Positions 10,242-19,028 of a stretch of DNA of 64,000 nt are shown here, piece after piece; the stretch's first letter is position 1; each line of letters starts with the position of its first letter. A model generated the notes under the pieces. That model was not told the origin of the DNA. It saw only the letters and a program-made list of their open reading frames with translations, and searched no databases. The stretch comes from an uncultured delta proteobacterium (GTDB taxonomy: Bacteria > Desulfobacterota > Desulfobacteria > Desulfobacterales > B30-G6), in the NCBI GenBank assembly GCA_963823335.1, contig CAWGLD010000002.1:96001-160000 (forward strand), read 5' to 3'. The position numbers and the translations under genes are program-made.

Positions 10242-11714
10242 TTAAAGTTTCTCGGGATCAATATTAATGATGATATTTTTCAAGTCAGAATAGACATCCA
10301 GGGCTTCTGTTCCGGGCTCCCGCGTGCCGTTGCCGGATTGCTTCAATCCGCCAAAAGGCATATGGGGTTCGCTGCCGAAGGTTCCGGCGTTGACAACAGC
10401 GACGCCTGTCTGAACCTTCCGGCAAAACTGCATGGCCCGGTGGAAGTCACGGGTGTGAATACAAGCGGTGAGGCCATAGGGTGAGTCGTTGGCCAATTGC
10501 AGTGCCTGGTGGAAATCAGCCACGCGGTAAAGACAGGTTATGGGTCCGAACAGTTCGGCGGTGGATATGTCGTCTTTGGGGTTGGCATTTTCAATCAGGG
10601 TGGGTGCCATGTAAAATCCACCCTTATGGGCATCATCGGTCATCCGGTGGCCGCCGGATAAAACCACGGCGCCATTTTTCTGAGCATTCTGGATCGCGGT
10701 GAGCATGTTATTGAGCTGTTTTTCATTGATTACCGGGCCCAGGTCATTATCATTTCCGGGGCCGACACTGAGCGCCTGGGTACGTTCGATCAGCATGTCG
10801 CGAAATTGATCATAAACGGCATCAAAGATGATGATACGACTGCCTGACGCACAGCGCTGTCCGGCATTACTGAAAGCCGAAAGAAGCACCCATTTTGCGG
10901 CTGACTCCAGATCGGCATCGTCACAGACGACCAATGCATTTTTGCCGCCCAATTCAAGTGATACCTTGGCCAGTCGCTGGCCGGCAACTGTGGCGATATG
11001 ACGACCTACTGCGGTTGATCCGGTGAAGCTGATAACATCCACTTCTGGATTGTCGACCAGAGGTGCGCCGGCTTCAAGACCGTATCCCTGGATAACATTG
11101 AGAACTCCCGGCGGCAGACCCGCTTCGTGAGCTAGTCGGGCAAAATACCAGGCTGTAGCAGGTGTATCTTCCGCAGCTTTCAATACTGCTGTGTTGCCGC
11201 AGATTAATGCGGGGAATACCTTCCAGGCCACGTTGGCAATCGGCGTGTTGGCTGCAATGATCAATGCTGCAACCCCCAGCGGCTGGCGCACGGTCATGGC
11301 ATACTTGTTGGGTACTGCACTGGTGGTGGTACGACCGTAAAACCGTCGGCCTTCGCCGGCTGCAAATTCTCCTTGAGCAATGGCGCCGCCGGTCTCACCA
11401 AGCGCTGCACCCAAAGACATGCCGGTTTCCATTGCAACGATCCCGGCGATCTCTTTTTGATGTCTGCGCATGGCTTGAGCGATTTCGTGAAGGATATCGC
11501 CGCGCTGCACCGGGGTTTGTTCCGCCCAAGCTGCCTGGGCAACTCTGGCTGCCTGAATTGCATTTTGTACATCCTGTGACTCGGACCGTGCAACAGCACA
11601 CAGTTTGCGACCGGTATCCGGTGACAACTTGTCAAAAGTTCTTCTTGATAGTGCAGCACACTCTTGACCGTCGATCCAGTTTGGAATCGTATCCGGGAGG
11701 TTGTTCGGTTTCAT
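10242..11714 (-). CDS. Aldehyde dehydrogenase
   Basis: FTGSTAVG, LELGGKN, catalytic GQRC, ELFGP, PFGGLKQSG. Confidence 0.93.
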   Translation of the reverse strand: MKPNNLPDTIPNWIDGQECAALSRRTFDKLSPDTGRKLCAVARSESQDVQNAIQAARVAQAAWAEQTPVQRGDILHEIAQAMRRHQKEIAGIVAMETGMSLGAALGETGGAIAQGEFAAGEGRRFYGRTTTSAVPNKYAMTVRQPLGVAALIIAANTPIANVAWKVFPALICGNTAVLKAAEDTPATAWYFARLAHEAGLPPGVLNVIQGYGLEAGAPLVDNPEVDVISFTGSTAVGRHIATVAGQRLAKVSLELGGKNALVVCDDADLESAAKWVLLSAFSNAGQRCASGSRIIIFDAVYDQFRDMLIERTQALSVGPGNDNDLGPVINEKQLNNMLTAIQNAQKNGAVVLSGGHRMTDDAHKGGFYMAPTLIENANPKDDISTAELFGPITCLYRVADFHQALQLANDSPYGLTACIHTRDFHRAMQFCRKVQTGVAVVNAGTFGSEPHMPFGGLKQSGNGTREPGTEALDVYSDLKNIIINIDPEKL

Positions 11715-11753
11715 CGTAACTCCGTTTTATGTGTAAACGTATGTTCATTCTTT

Positions 11754-11891
11754 CCTAAGCTGAGCGATTGTCGAGGTTGCTGTAGCTACAAGAAAGATGC
11801 TGTTTCGCTATAGTGGACTATGCGGTATGGCATCTGACGCCGTAGATGCGGTAAGATCGGCAAACCCAACGGGTTTCAAATTTTAAGAATT
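11754..11891. repeat. About 137-bp dispersed intergenic repeat (copy A)
   Basis: Reverse complement of 42545-42682 with a few substitutions. Confidence 0.8.
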
Positions 11892-11969
11892 CAAATGAAT
11901 CAAATCCTTTGAAAATATTTCTAAATCCCATATACATAAAATTTGAATCGCTCATCTTAGGTATTTCTA

Positions 11970-12782
11970 TCACCATGCCGTGAAACCACCATCCACAACC
12001 AGTTCAGCACCGGTTACATAAGCGGATGCCCTTGAGGCCAGAAAAAGCAGTGGCCCACGCAGATCTTCCGCGACAGCCATTCTTCCCATGGGGACACGAT
12101 TACAGAATTTGCGTTTGAATTCTTCGTCCTGGCCGCCTAAGACACCGCCGGGTGATAGCGCATTCACCCGCACGCCGTGTGGGGCCCAGTGTGTTGCCAG
12201 ATAACGGGTCAGATTTATAACTGCGGCCTTGGAGGCACCGTAAGCCGGAGGTTTGAGAAACGGCAGTTCTCCGGAAAGGTGGTCGTAAAATCGCGCGTCA
12301 GGTGAAACGCCGGCATACAAAGAACCGATATTGATAATCGAACCCCGGCCGGCATTGACCATCCGGGAACCAAATACCTGGGATACCTGAAATAGCCCCA
12401 GGGTATTGACCTCGAGAATCTCGCGATTTTCCTCCAGCGGTATATCTTCCAGACGATATGCTTTGGCCGAAAGGGCAGGAGGGCGGTCGATACCGGCATT
12501 GTTTACCAGAATGCTGGGTGTTCCAAAGGCAGAAAAACAACGTTGGTATGCGTCTTCCAGGGATCGACGATCCCTGACATCGGCGCGATCCAGCTTCAAG
12601 AGAGTTTTATCATAACATGCCTGCAGTCTGGCAAAATCATCGGAGATTTTTGATTCGGCCAGATCAAGTGCGAAAACTGAGGCGCCTGCACCCAGCAGGG
12701 CTTCTATCCAGATGGGACCTAACTTACCCAGCGCACCTGTTACGACAGCAATTTCGGTCTCTAAGTCAAACAAATTTTTCAC
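11970..12782 (-). CDS. SDR family oxidoreductase
   Basis: TGALGKLG, NNAG, YGASK, RVNALSPGG, VVDGGFTAW. Confidence 0.92.
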   Translation of the reverse strand: MKNLFDLETEIAVVTGALGKLGPIWIEALLGAGASVFALDLAESKISDDFARLQACYDKTLLKLDRADVRDRRSLEDAYQRCFSAFGTPSILVNNAGIDRPPALSAKAYRLEDIPLEENREILEVNTLGLFQVSQVFGSRMVNAGRGSIINIGSLYAGVSPDARFYDHLSGELPFLKPPAYGASKAAVINLTRYLATHWAPHGVRVNALSPGGVLGGQDEEFKRKFCNRVPMGRMAVAEDLRGPLLFLASRASAYVTGAELVVDGGFTAW

Positions 12783-13855
12783 GATGCCGACCCTGCTAGA
12801 TGCTCGGAGCCGTTTAAAGCTTCAAAGGTGATGGCATCGTCTTCTTGCATGGCTGCACGGGTCACCCTGCCGACCACTTTATCGATATCGTAAGGCGGTA
12901 GACCATCACCTGGTGACTTGAAGGCAATGTCTTCCCGGCGTATCATATGACCGGCCGGCAAATCACGCGCGGCGACCATTTTTTTGCTCATCTTGATGAT
13001 GGGGTTTCTCTCGCTCTCATAAGTCTGCTTGACGCCGTCACCCATGGCGGCTTTGGTACGTTGCAGGTCTCTGATCAGCTTTCGAAAACCAGTGGGTTCC
13101 AGTGAAAAGGCATGATCTGTGCCTTTCAGGGTATGGTTAAGGGTAAAGTGCTTTTCGATCACCCGGGCGCCCAGCATATAAGCTGCAACGGCCATGGCAA
13201 TGCCGTTGTCGTGGGAAGACAGACCAACGGTGGTATTGGGAAACCGCTCGCGGAAGGTCGTGATCACATTCAGATTGAGCTCTTCAAATTCTGCTGGATA
13301 ACCTGCGGTGCACTGGAGGATACAGAGCTGCTGATTGATAGGCATGATGGCATCATAGGCCCTGTTGACGTCCTCCATGGTACCCCCGCCGGTGCTGAGA
13401 ATCATCGGCTTGTTAAACTTGGCAATGTGGGTCAGCAAGGGAATGTTTTTTAAATCCCCGGAAGCGATTTTATAAATCGGGATGTCGAGTTTGGCCAGGA
13501 AATCGGCGCTGTCAAAATCAAAGGCGGTTGAAAACATCGTAATTCCGATTTCATCAGCGTAATCCATCAAGGTTTTGTATTCAATTTCACCGAACTCCAA
13601 AAATTCCCGATGCTCGCCGTAGGTTGCACCATAGCTGTTGGGATTGTCATAAGGTTTGTTATAACCGGCCTTGGTAAACAGGCTCCGATTGTGTCTTTTC
13701 TGGAGTTTGACAGCGTCAGCTCCGCTTTCTTTGGCTACCCGGAACATCTCCTTGGCGGTTTCGAGCTCACCTTGATGGTTGTGCCCGATCTCGGCTATCA
13801 CATAGCAATCACTATTGTCTTGAATGACCTTTCCATTTAGTGAAAGTTTACGCAT
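12779..13855 (-). CDS. neuB: N-acetylneuraminate synthase family protein (PEP-dependent ulosonate synthase with C-terminal SAF domain)
   Basis: IAEIGHNHQG, ADAVKLQKR, KIASGD, SSHDNG, IEKHFTL, DHAFSLEP, KSPGDG. Confidence 0.92.
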   Translation of the reverse strand: MRKLSLNGKVIQDNSDCYVIAEIGHNHQGELETAKEMFRVAKESGADAVKLQKRHNRSLFTKAGYNKPYDNPNSYGATYGEHREFLEFGEIEYKTLMDYADEIGITMFSTAFDFDSADFLAKLDIPIYKIASGDLKNIPLLTHIAKFNKPMILSTGGGTMEDVNRAYDAIMPINQQLCILQCTAGYPAEFEELNLNVITTFRERFPNTTVGLSSHDNGIAMAVAAYMLGARVIEKHFTLNHTLKGTDHAFSLEPTGFRKLIRDLQRTKAAMGDGVKQTYESERNPIIKMSKKMVAARDLPAGHMIRREDIAFKSPGDGLPPYDIDKVVGRVTRAAMQEDDAITFEALNGSEHLAGSAS

Positions 13856-13930
13856 TGTTATTCCTCCTCAAAATCTCTATTTTAACTGCATTGAACTTTT
13901 TATAATGTCAAAACATTTTACTCGAACTTA

Positions 13931-14101
13931 TTTTAGCTTGGACGCCAGGAAGCTGGGATGCCGCTGTCCGCTGATACTGTCAGCCACCCTCCAACCCTGT
14001 ATCCCCCTCGGACCCTTGAACCCCCTTTTAAGCTGGGACGCCAGGATGCTTGGAAGCTGGGATGCCGCTGTCCGCTGACACTGTCAGCCACCCTCAAACC
14101 C
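13931..14101. repeat. Two direct repeats of about 65-75 bp in the intergenic space
   Basis: GAAGCTGGGATGCCGCTGTCCGCTGA(T/C)ACTGTCAGCCACCCTC occurs twice, about 104 bp apart. Confidence 0.75.
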
Positions 14102-14612
14102 TTTTTTTTGCCAATGTTCTTTCAAACAAATCACAGACCTCTCTCACAGCGCCATGACCGCCCGGACGTCTGGTCTGATAGAGCGCGATGGATATCACAT
14201 CCTGATACGCGTCCTGAACCACAATGGGCAAAGCCACAGATGCAAGACAGGGCAGGTCGTTGATATCGTTGCCCACAAAAGCGACCTCCCCCAGGGTGAG
14301 ATTCTTTTCCTGAGCGATGTCGTTCAGCACTGCCAGTTTGTCCTGACAGTCCTGAATACAGCGAATTTTTAGTTTACGCGCCCTGGCTGACACCACAGGA
14401 TTGGCTTCAGTGGATATGATAACCGTTTCAATGCCAAATTTTTTCAGTTTTTGCAAACCAATACCATCACTGCGAAAGCATCGCACGGCTTCGGTGCCGT
14501 CTTGGAATACAAAAACCATATTATCGGTAAAAACGCCGTCAAAATCAAAGGCAATTAGACGGATACGACGGATAATCTCATCGATGCCAGGGTCTGTTCG
14601 TTTTTTGGGCAT
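14094..14612 (-). CDS. KdsC/YrbI-family HAD phosphatase (ulosonate-phosphate phosphatase)
   Basis: FDFDGVFTD, DGIG, FVGNDINDL, GGHGAVREVCD. Confidence 0.88.
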   Translation of the reverse strand: MPKKRTDPGIDEIIRRIRLIAFDFDGVFTDNMVFVFQDGTEAVRCFRSDGIGLQKLKKFGIETVIISTEANPVVSARARKLKIRCIQDCQDKLAVLNDIAQEKNLTLGEVAFVGNDINDLPCLASVALPIVVQDAYQDVISIALYQTRRPGGHGAVREVCDLFERTLAKKRV

Positions 14613-14629
14613 AGTGGGCTGTAAGTCTT

Positions 14630-16435
14630 TTACTCTTTACCAGGGGTTAAGTCAACGCAGCCGGTACCCGGGTTCGGTATCGATATCTGCTGTGGGGTGA
14701 TCGGCTCCGGTTTATTTTCTTCCTGCAGGATTCTTCCATCCTGGATACGGTAGGTTTTATCGGCTATCGTAACCAGAGCCGACTGATGCGAGATGGTCAG
14801 AATGGTGAGCTCTCCGCGAAGCTGTTGCAGGGTATCGCATACAGCGGCCTCACTTTCCGGATCCAGACCGCTGGTGGCTTCGTCTAAAATCAGCAGTTTC
14901 GGTTTGTGCACCAGGGCCCGTGCAATGGCGATACGCTGTCTTTGCCCTCCGGAGAGTTTGCCTCCGCGCTCGCCGACCATACTCTCCATAGCCTTGGGCA
15001 TTCTATTGACAAACTCCCACGCACCGGCGGCACGCAGGGCATCCTTTGCATCGGCTGCACTCAGAGCAGGATCTCCCAGGGTGATGTTGTTCAGCACCGT
15101 ATCGTGCAGTAATATGGTTTCCTGGGGAATATAGCCGATCATTCTGCGCCAGTTTTTCAGATTTAACTCAGCCAACGGCACGTGGTCGATCCACACCTCT
15201 CCCTGCTGGGGCCGCAACAGACCGGTCACAATATCCACCAGGGTTGTTTTTCCCGACCCGGAAGGGCCCACAATGGCAATAATCTCACCCTTGGGAAAGG
15301 TGAGCGACACATCTTGCAGCACTGGCTGGGTGTCGTAAGCAAAAATCAACTGTTTCAGTTCAATGGCTCTTTCCAGCGAAGGTATCTGGGTACCACCCAT
15401 CTCCTCGCGTTCGCTTTTCACCTTTTGAAGGGTTTTCTGTAATGACCAGTAGGCGCTTTCAAAAATAATCATTTCTTGATAACGTTCTTGAACCCGGTTC
15501 AGTCGCTTCAATAATCGGGAAACAAGAAACGCCAGCACGATGACGCTGGCCAGTGACATTTGCCAGTAAGTCAACAATACGTATACTCCGCCTGCCAGGA
15601 AGACCGTAACCAGTATGTGCTGGAAGGCCAAGAGAAATTCCCTGTTCAGAACTTCTTTTTGTAACGCCTTGTTCAGGTGGTGAGTCTTTTTTTTCATCAG
15701 GTGGTCGGATGCTTCCTCGCGCGCCATGGCCCGCAAAGGTTTTATGGACTGCAAGGTATCGGTCAACAATGCAAACATCGATTTCCGGAGGCTTGTTTGA
15801 CGATTTCCGGCATGGCGGGATTTTCTGAGAAATCGTTTTAAGGCGTACAGGATTAAAAGACCTACCGTGAGCGAGACCAATGTCGCTTTCCAGGAGACCA
15901 GAAACGCCATGATACAGAAAATAATGGCATGCAAAAACTCGGCGGTCATGATAATGCCGTTCTTATAGGCTTTCGATGTCCTGATTGTTTCACTCATGAT
16001 GGAATTTGAAAGCTTTCCGATGGGTTGCTGGATGAAATACTGCCACCGGCAGACGCGCAGGGCGTGCAGCAATTCGAGTCGCAGATTCGTGGCGACCTGG
16101 GCGACGGTATATCCGATTTGTCTGTTAGCCAGCAGCATGATTCCGTTTCTCAGGGTTACGGTGGCGATAAGAATGATCAGGAGCAGGCCCAGGGTGGGTG
16201 TAATGCCCAGAAAAGCAAAGCCATCCGCAACCATCTGTTCCAGCACGGAAATTTTGGCACCATTTTTCGCCAAAGCATCCGATCCTGCCCCGGTGGGGTT
16301 GCCGACGGTAATGCCGATGATGGGCAAGAGCATCGTAAGCCCGACACCTTCTATGATACCCGCTAACAACAACGACAGCAGCATGAGGATGCTTGCGAGT
16401 GGATAATTGCGGGAAAATGTTATAAAAAAACGCAT
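14630..16435 (-). CDS. ABC transporter, fused permease and ATPase (MsbA/PglK-like lipid or glycolipid flippase)
   Basis: N-terminal TM domain; GPSGSGKT, LSGGQRQR, LILDEATS, switch His. Confidence 0.88.
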   Translation of the reverse strand: MRFFITFSRNYPLASILMLLSLLLAGIIEGVGLTMLLPIIGITVGNPTGAGSDALAKNGAKISVLEQMVADGFAFLGITPTLGLLLIILIATVTLRNGIMLLANRQIGYTVAQVATNLRLELLHALRVCRWQYFIQQPIGKLSNSIMSETIRTSKAYKNGIIMTAEFLHAIIFCIMAFLVSWKATLVSLTVGLLILYALKRFLRKSRHAGNRQTSLRKSMFALLTDTLQSIKPLRAMAREEASDHLMKKKTHHLNKALQKEVLNREFLLAFQHILVTVFLAGGVYVLLTYWQMSLASVIVLAFLVSRLLKRLNRVQERYQEMIIFESAYWSLQKTLQKVKSEREEMGGTQIPSLERAIELKQLIFAYDTQPVLQDVSLTFPKGEIIAIVGPSGSGKTTLVDIVTGLLRPQQGEVWIDHVPLAELNLKNWRRMIGYIPQETILLHDTVLNNITLGDPALSAADAKDALRAAGAWEFVNRMPKAMESMVGERGGKLSGGQRQRIAIARALVHKPKLLILDEATSGLDPESEAAVCDTLQQLRGELTILTISHQSALVTIADKTYRIQDGRILQEENKPEPITPQQISIPNPGTGCVDLTPGKE

Positions 16436-16471
16436 AATGATACCGTGATCGTTAACCCCTTCTTTTCAGAC

Positions 16472-17671
16472 TTACCTGGTCGTTGTCGTCGCTTTTTTCA
16501 CGGCCGTAAATGCCTTGCAGATATGTGTTATCTGTTCCGGTGTGTGCCCGGCGCTGACACTGCTACGCAGCAGGTAATTGCCGTCCGGTGTGGCTGGTGG
16601 AAAAACCAGATTGACGTAGACACCCTGTTCCAGCAGACCGCTCCACAGGGCGAAGGCTTCGGTTTTGTCTTCCAGCCGCACGGTAACAATGGGGCTCAGT
16701 TCCGGTCCCGTCTCGAAATCCAATTCCTGTAGCGTGGTATACAATCTCTCCGCGTTTTCCCAGAGTCGCTGACGCAGTTCGGGTCTGTTCTGTATGATTT
16801 CCAATGCTTTGCGGGTGGAGGCAATTACAGAGGGAGACGACGAGGCCGTGAAAATATAAGGGCGACTCGCGTATCGAACCAGGTTGAGTTCAGGATGATT
16901 GCTGGTGCAAAAACCGCCAATGGCTCCCAGGCTCTTACTAAAGGTGCCGACCACAAAATCGACACTGCTTTCCACACCGGCTTCCTCGGCAAGCCCGCGT
17001 CCATTGGTACCCAGCACACCCAGGGAGTGGGCTTCATCCACCAAAAGATAGGCCCCGTATTTTTCTTTGGCGGCAGCAATGCCCGCCAGAGGCGCGCGGT
17101 CCCCCAGCATGCTGTAAAGACCTTCCACCACAATCAGGACATTGGTGTTTCGTTTTTCAAGGCGCTGCAGCCGTTTTTCCAGGTTTTGAACATCGTTGTG
17201 GCGAAAACGATGGATCTCGGCATTTCCCATTCGACAGCCGTCATAAATGCTGGCGTGGCAATCCGCATCCAGCAGGATGACTTCACCACTACCCATCAGG
17301 GTGGAGAGCATGGCCAGGTTAGCGACATAACCGGTGGAAAACACAATTGCCTCCTGACAATTGTAAAAATCTGCCAGTTCGCGCTCCAATGCCACATGTC
17401 CTGAAAAAGTCCCGTTGGCCATTCTGGAACCGGTAGTGCCGGTACCTTCTTCGCGTGCGGCATCACAAGCGGCTTTGATACAATCGGCATCAAAGGAAAG
17501 ACCCAGATAATTATTGCTACCGGCCAGAATCATGGGACGACCGTCTACGATGGCCTCGGTTCCGGACACAATCTTTTGCATTACGATATTGAAAAAATTA
17601 TCACAGCATTGCTCTAATTCCTGACGGGTCTCGGCCAGTTGCTGAAATTTATCAAAAATAGTCATCATCAA
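16472..17671 (-). CDS. spt: Serine palmitoyltransferase (alpha-oxoamine synthase family)
   Basis: GSNNYLGL, GTTGSRMANGT, DCHASIYDG, DEAHS, GTFSKSLG; adjacent ACP, reductase and acyl-AMP ligase as in known sphingolipid loci. Confidence 0.85.
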   Translation of the reverse strand: MMMTIFDKFQQLAETRQELEQCCDNFFNIVMQKIVSGTEAIVDGRPMILAGSNNYLGLSFDADCIKAACDAAREEGTGTTGSRMANGTFSGHVALERELADFYNCQEAIVFSTGYVANLAMLSTLMGSGEVILLDADCHASIYDGCRMGNAEIHRFRHNDVQNLEKRLQRLEKRNTNVLIVVEGLYSMLGDRAPLAGIAAAKEKYGAYLLVDEAHSLGVLGTNGRGLAEEAGVESSVDFVVGTFSKSLGAIGGFCTSNHPELNLVRYASRPYIFTASSSPSVIASTRKALEIIQNRPELRQRLWENAERLYTTLQELDFETGPELSPIVTVRLEDKTEAFALWSGLLEQGVYVNLVFPPATPDGNYLLRSSVSAGHTPEQITHICKAFTAVKKATTTTR

Positions 17672-17916
17672 TCATCCCCGTTTAGTTTTTGAATCTGTAA
17701 TACAAAATCTTTCACGGTACACACGTCCGGCATTATATTTAATGGTATGGAGATATCGAAACGGTCTTCCACCGATTCCAGGATTTTCATGACTTTCAGC
17801 GAATCCAGGTCCAGGTCGGCGACCAGATCCGTGTCTTCATGGATATCCTGCTCCTGTGGAACGAACGTTCTTAGTATCTGTTCGAGCCCTTGCAATACAT
17901 TTTCATATTCTGTCAT
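17668..17916 (-). CDS. Acyl carrier protein (sphingolipid-dedicated)
   Basis: 82 aa, acidic, DLDLDSL phosphopantetheine motif; overlaps the spt start. Confidence 0.9.
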   Translation of the reverse strand: MTEYENVLQGLEQILRTFVPQEQDIHEDTDLVADLDLDSLKVMKILESVEDRFDISIPLNIMPDVCTVKDFVLQIQKLNGDD

Positions 17917-18872
17917 TCGATACCTCCCTGATTTTTCACTGTAAATACCGGCCCTAAAGTTTGCCGTAGCCCCTCCGGTAACAAAACGCGAGGTTCCCAG
18001 CCAATGGCGTTGCTCAAAGCGGTGTTATCACAAACCCAGTCGGAATGGCTCAATTCGCGCACTTTACCGGGGGTCAGCATGGGTGCATAGCCGAAAGTCC
18101 GGGAGGCAAGCAGATTCAATGCTGAGACCAGCCATACCAGAACGATTGGTATTTTTATGCTGACCACGGATCTCGTGCGCAGATGTTTAAACGTATTGAT
18201 AACATCGTGCCATGAATAGCCCCCGGAATACCCATCGTGCAGTTCAAAGGTGTCGGACATACCCTCATTACAATCCAACCATTGCACAATTGCTTCGGCA
18301 AGATCCTTCACATAGAGCAAGGAAAAACGCGCAGAGCCGGAGCCGAGTACCGGTGCGATGCCTTTTGCCATCCACTCAAAGACCGGTCGCAGTTCTCGAT
18401 CACCTGGACCATATATGGCACATGGTCGATAAATGGTCCAGGGTAATCGGTGGGAATTCTCAACCAGCAATTTTTCCCCCAAGCGTTTACTGGCAGCATA
18501 ATGCGACAGGTGCGGCTCCCTGGCTGCCAGTGACGATATCAGCAGAAAACGCGGCGCTGGCTGTTGCGCGGATGCCGCCCGGACAAGACGTGCCAAACCG
18601 TCTGTGTTGACCCTGTTGAATTGTTCACGCGTGGCGCCCCTTACAGCACCAGCGCAGTGTACCACAGCCGTTACCCCGTTTACCAGGCGGTGCAGACTAT
18701 CCAGATCTGCAAGGTCACCTTCAATCCATTTAACGGCAAGATCTGCCGGCCTTTTCCAACGTGACGCCGGTCGGATCAAAGCCTGAATCCTGTATCCTGT
18801 ATTTGTCAACTGTTTTGCCAGTTCCGCCCCGACAAAACCCGTTGCGCCTGTTAGTGCAATCACCTCAGACAT
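17913..18872 (-). CDS. cerR: NAD-dependent epimerase/dehydratase family, probable ceramide reductase
   Basis: TGATGFVG, HCAG, SSLAA, YAASK; position between ACP and acyl-AMP ligase matches the Caulobacter locus. Confidence 0.72.
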   Translation of the reverse strand: MSEVIALTGATGFVGAELAKQLTNTGYRIQALIRPASRWKRPADLAVKWIEGDLADLDSLHRLVNGVTAVVHCAGAVRGATREQFNRVNTDGLARLVRAASAQQPAPRFLLISSLAAREPHLSHYAASKRLGEKLLVENSHRLPWTIYRPCAIYGPGDRELRPVFEWMAKGIAPVLGSGSARFSLLYVKDLAEAIVQWLDCNEGMSDTFELHDGYSGGYSWHDVINTFKHLRTRSVVSIKIPIVLVWLVSALNLLASRTFGYAPMLTPGKVRELSHSDWVCDNTALSNAIGWEPRVLLPEGLRQTLGPVFTVKNQGGIE

Positions 18873-19028
18873 GTGATTTTTCCGACAGCATCAATTTATT
18901 TCTTCATAAATTATGATGGCAACACTAATTGCCAACTTCAGCAAACACTCTTCCTCTATCGATCATCCAAAACGGCTTGATCGGTCTGTAAATTTTGTTT
19001 ATATGTTTTTATGGTAATAAATGCAAGG

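Noticed and set aside
13931-14101. Possible CRISPR array
   Set aside because: Only two long imperfect repeats, no regular spacers, no cas genes
16472-17671. BioF (8-amino-7-oxononanoate synthase) annotation
   Set aside because: No biotin genes nearby; the ACP/reductase/acyl-AMP ligase/GNAT context fits serine palmitoyltransferase
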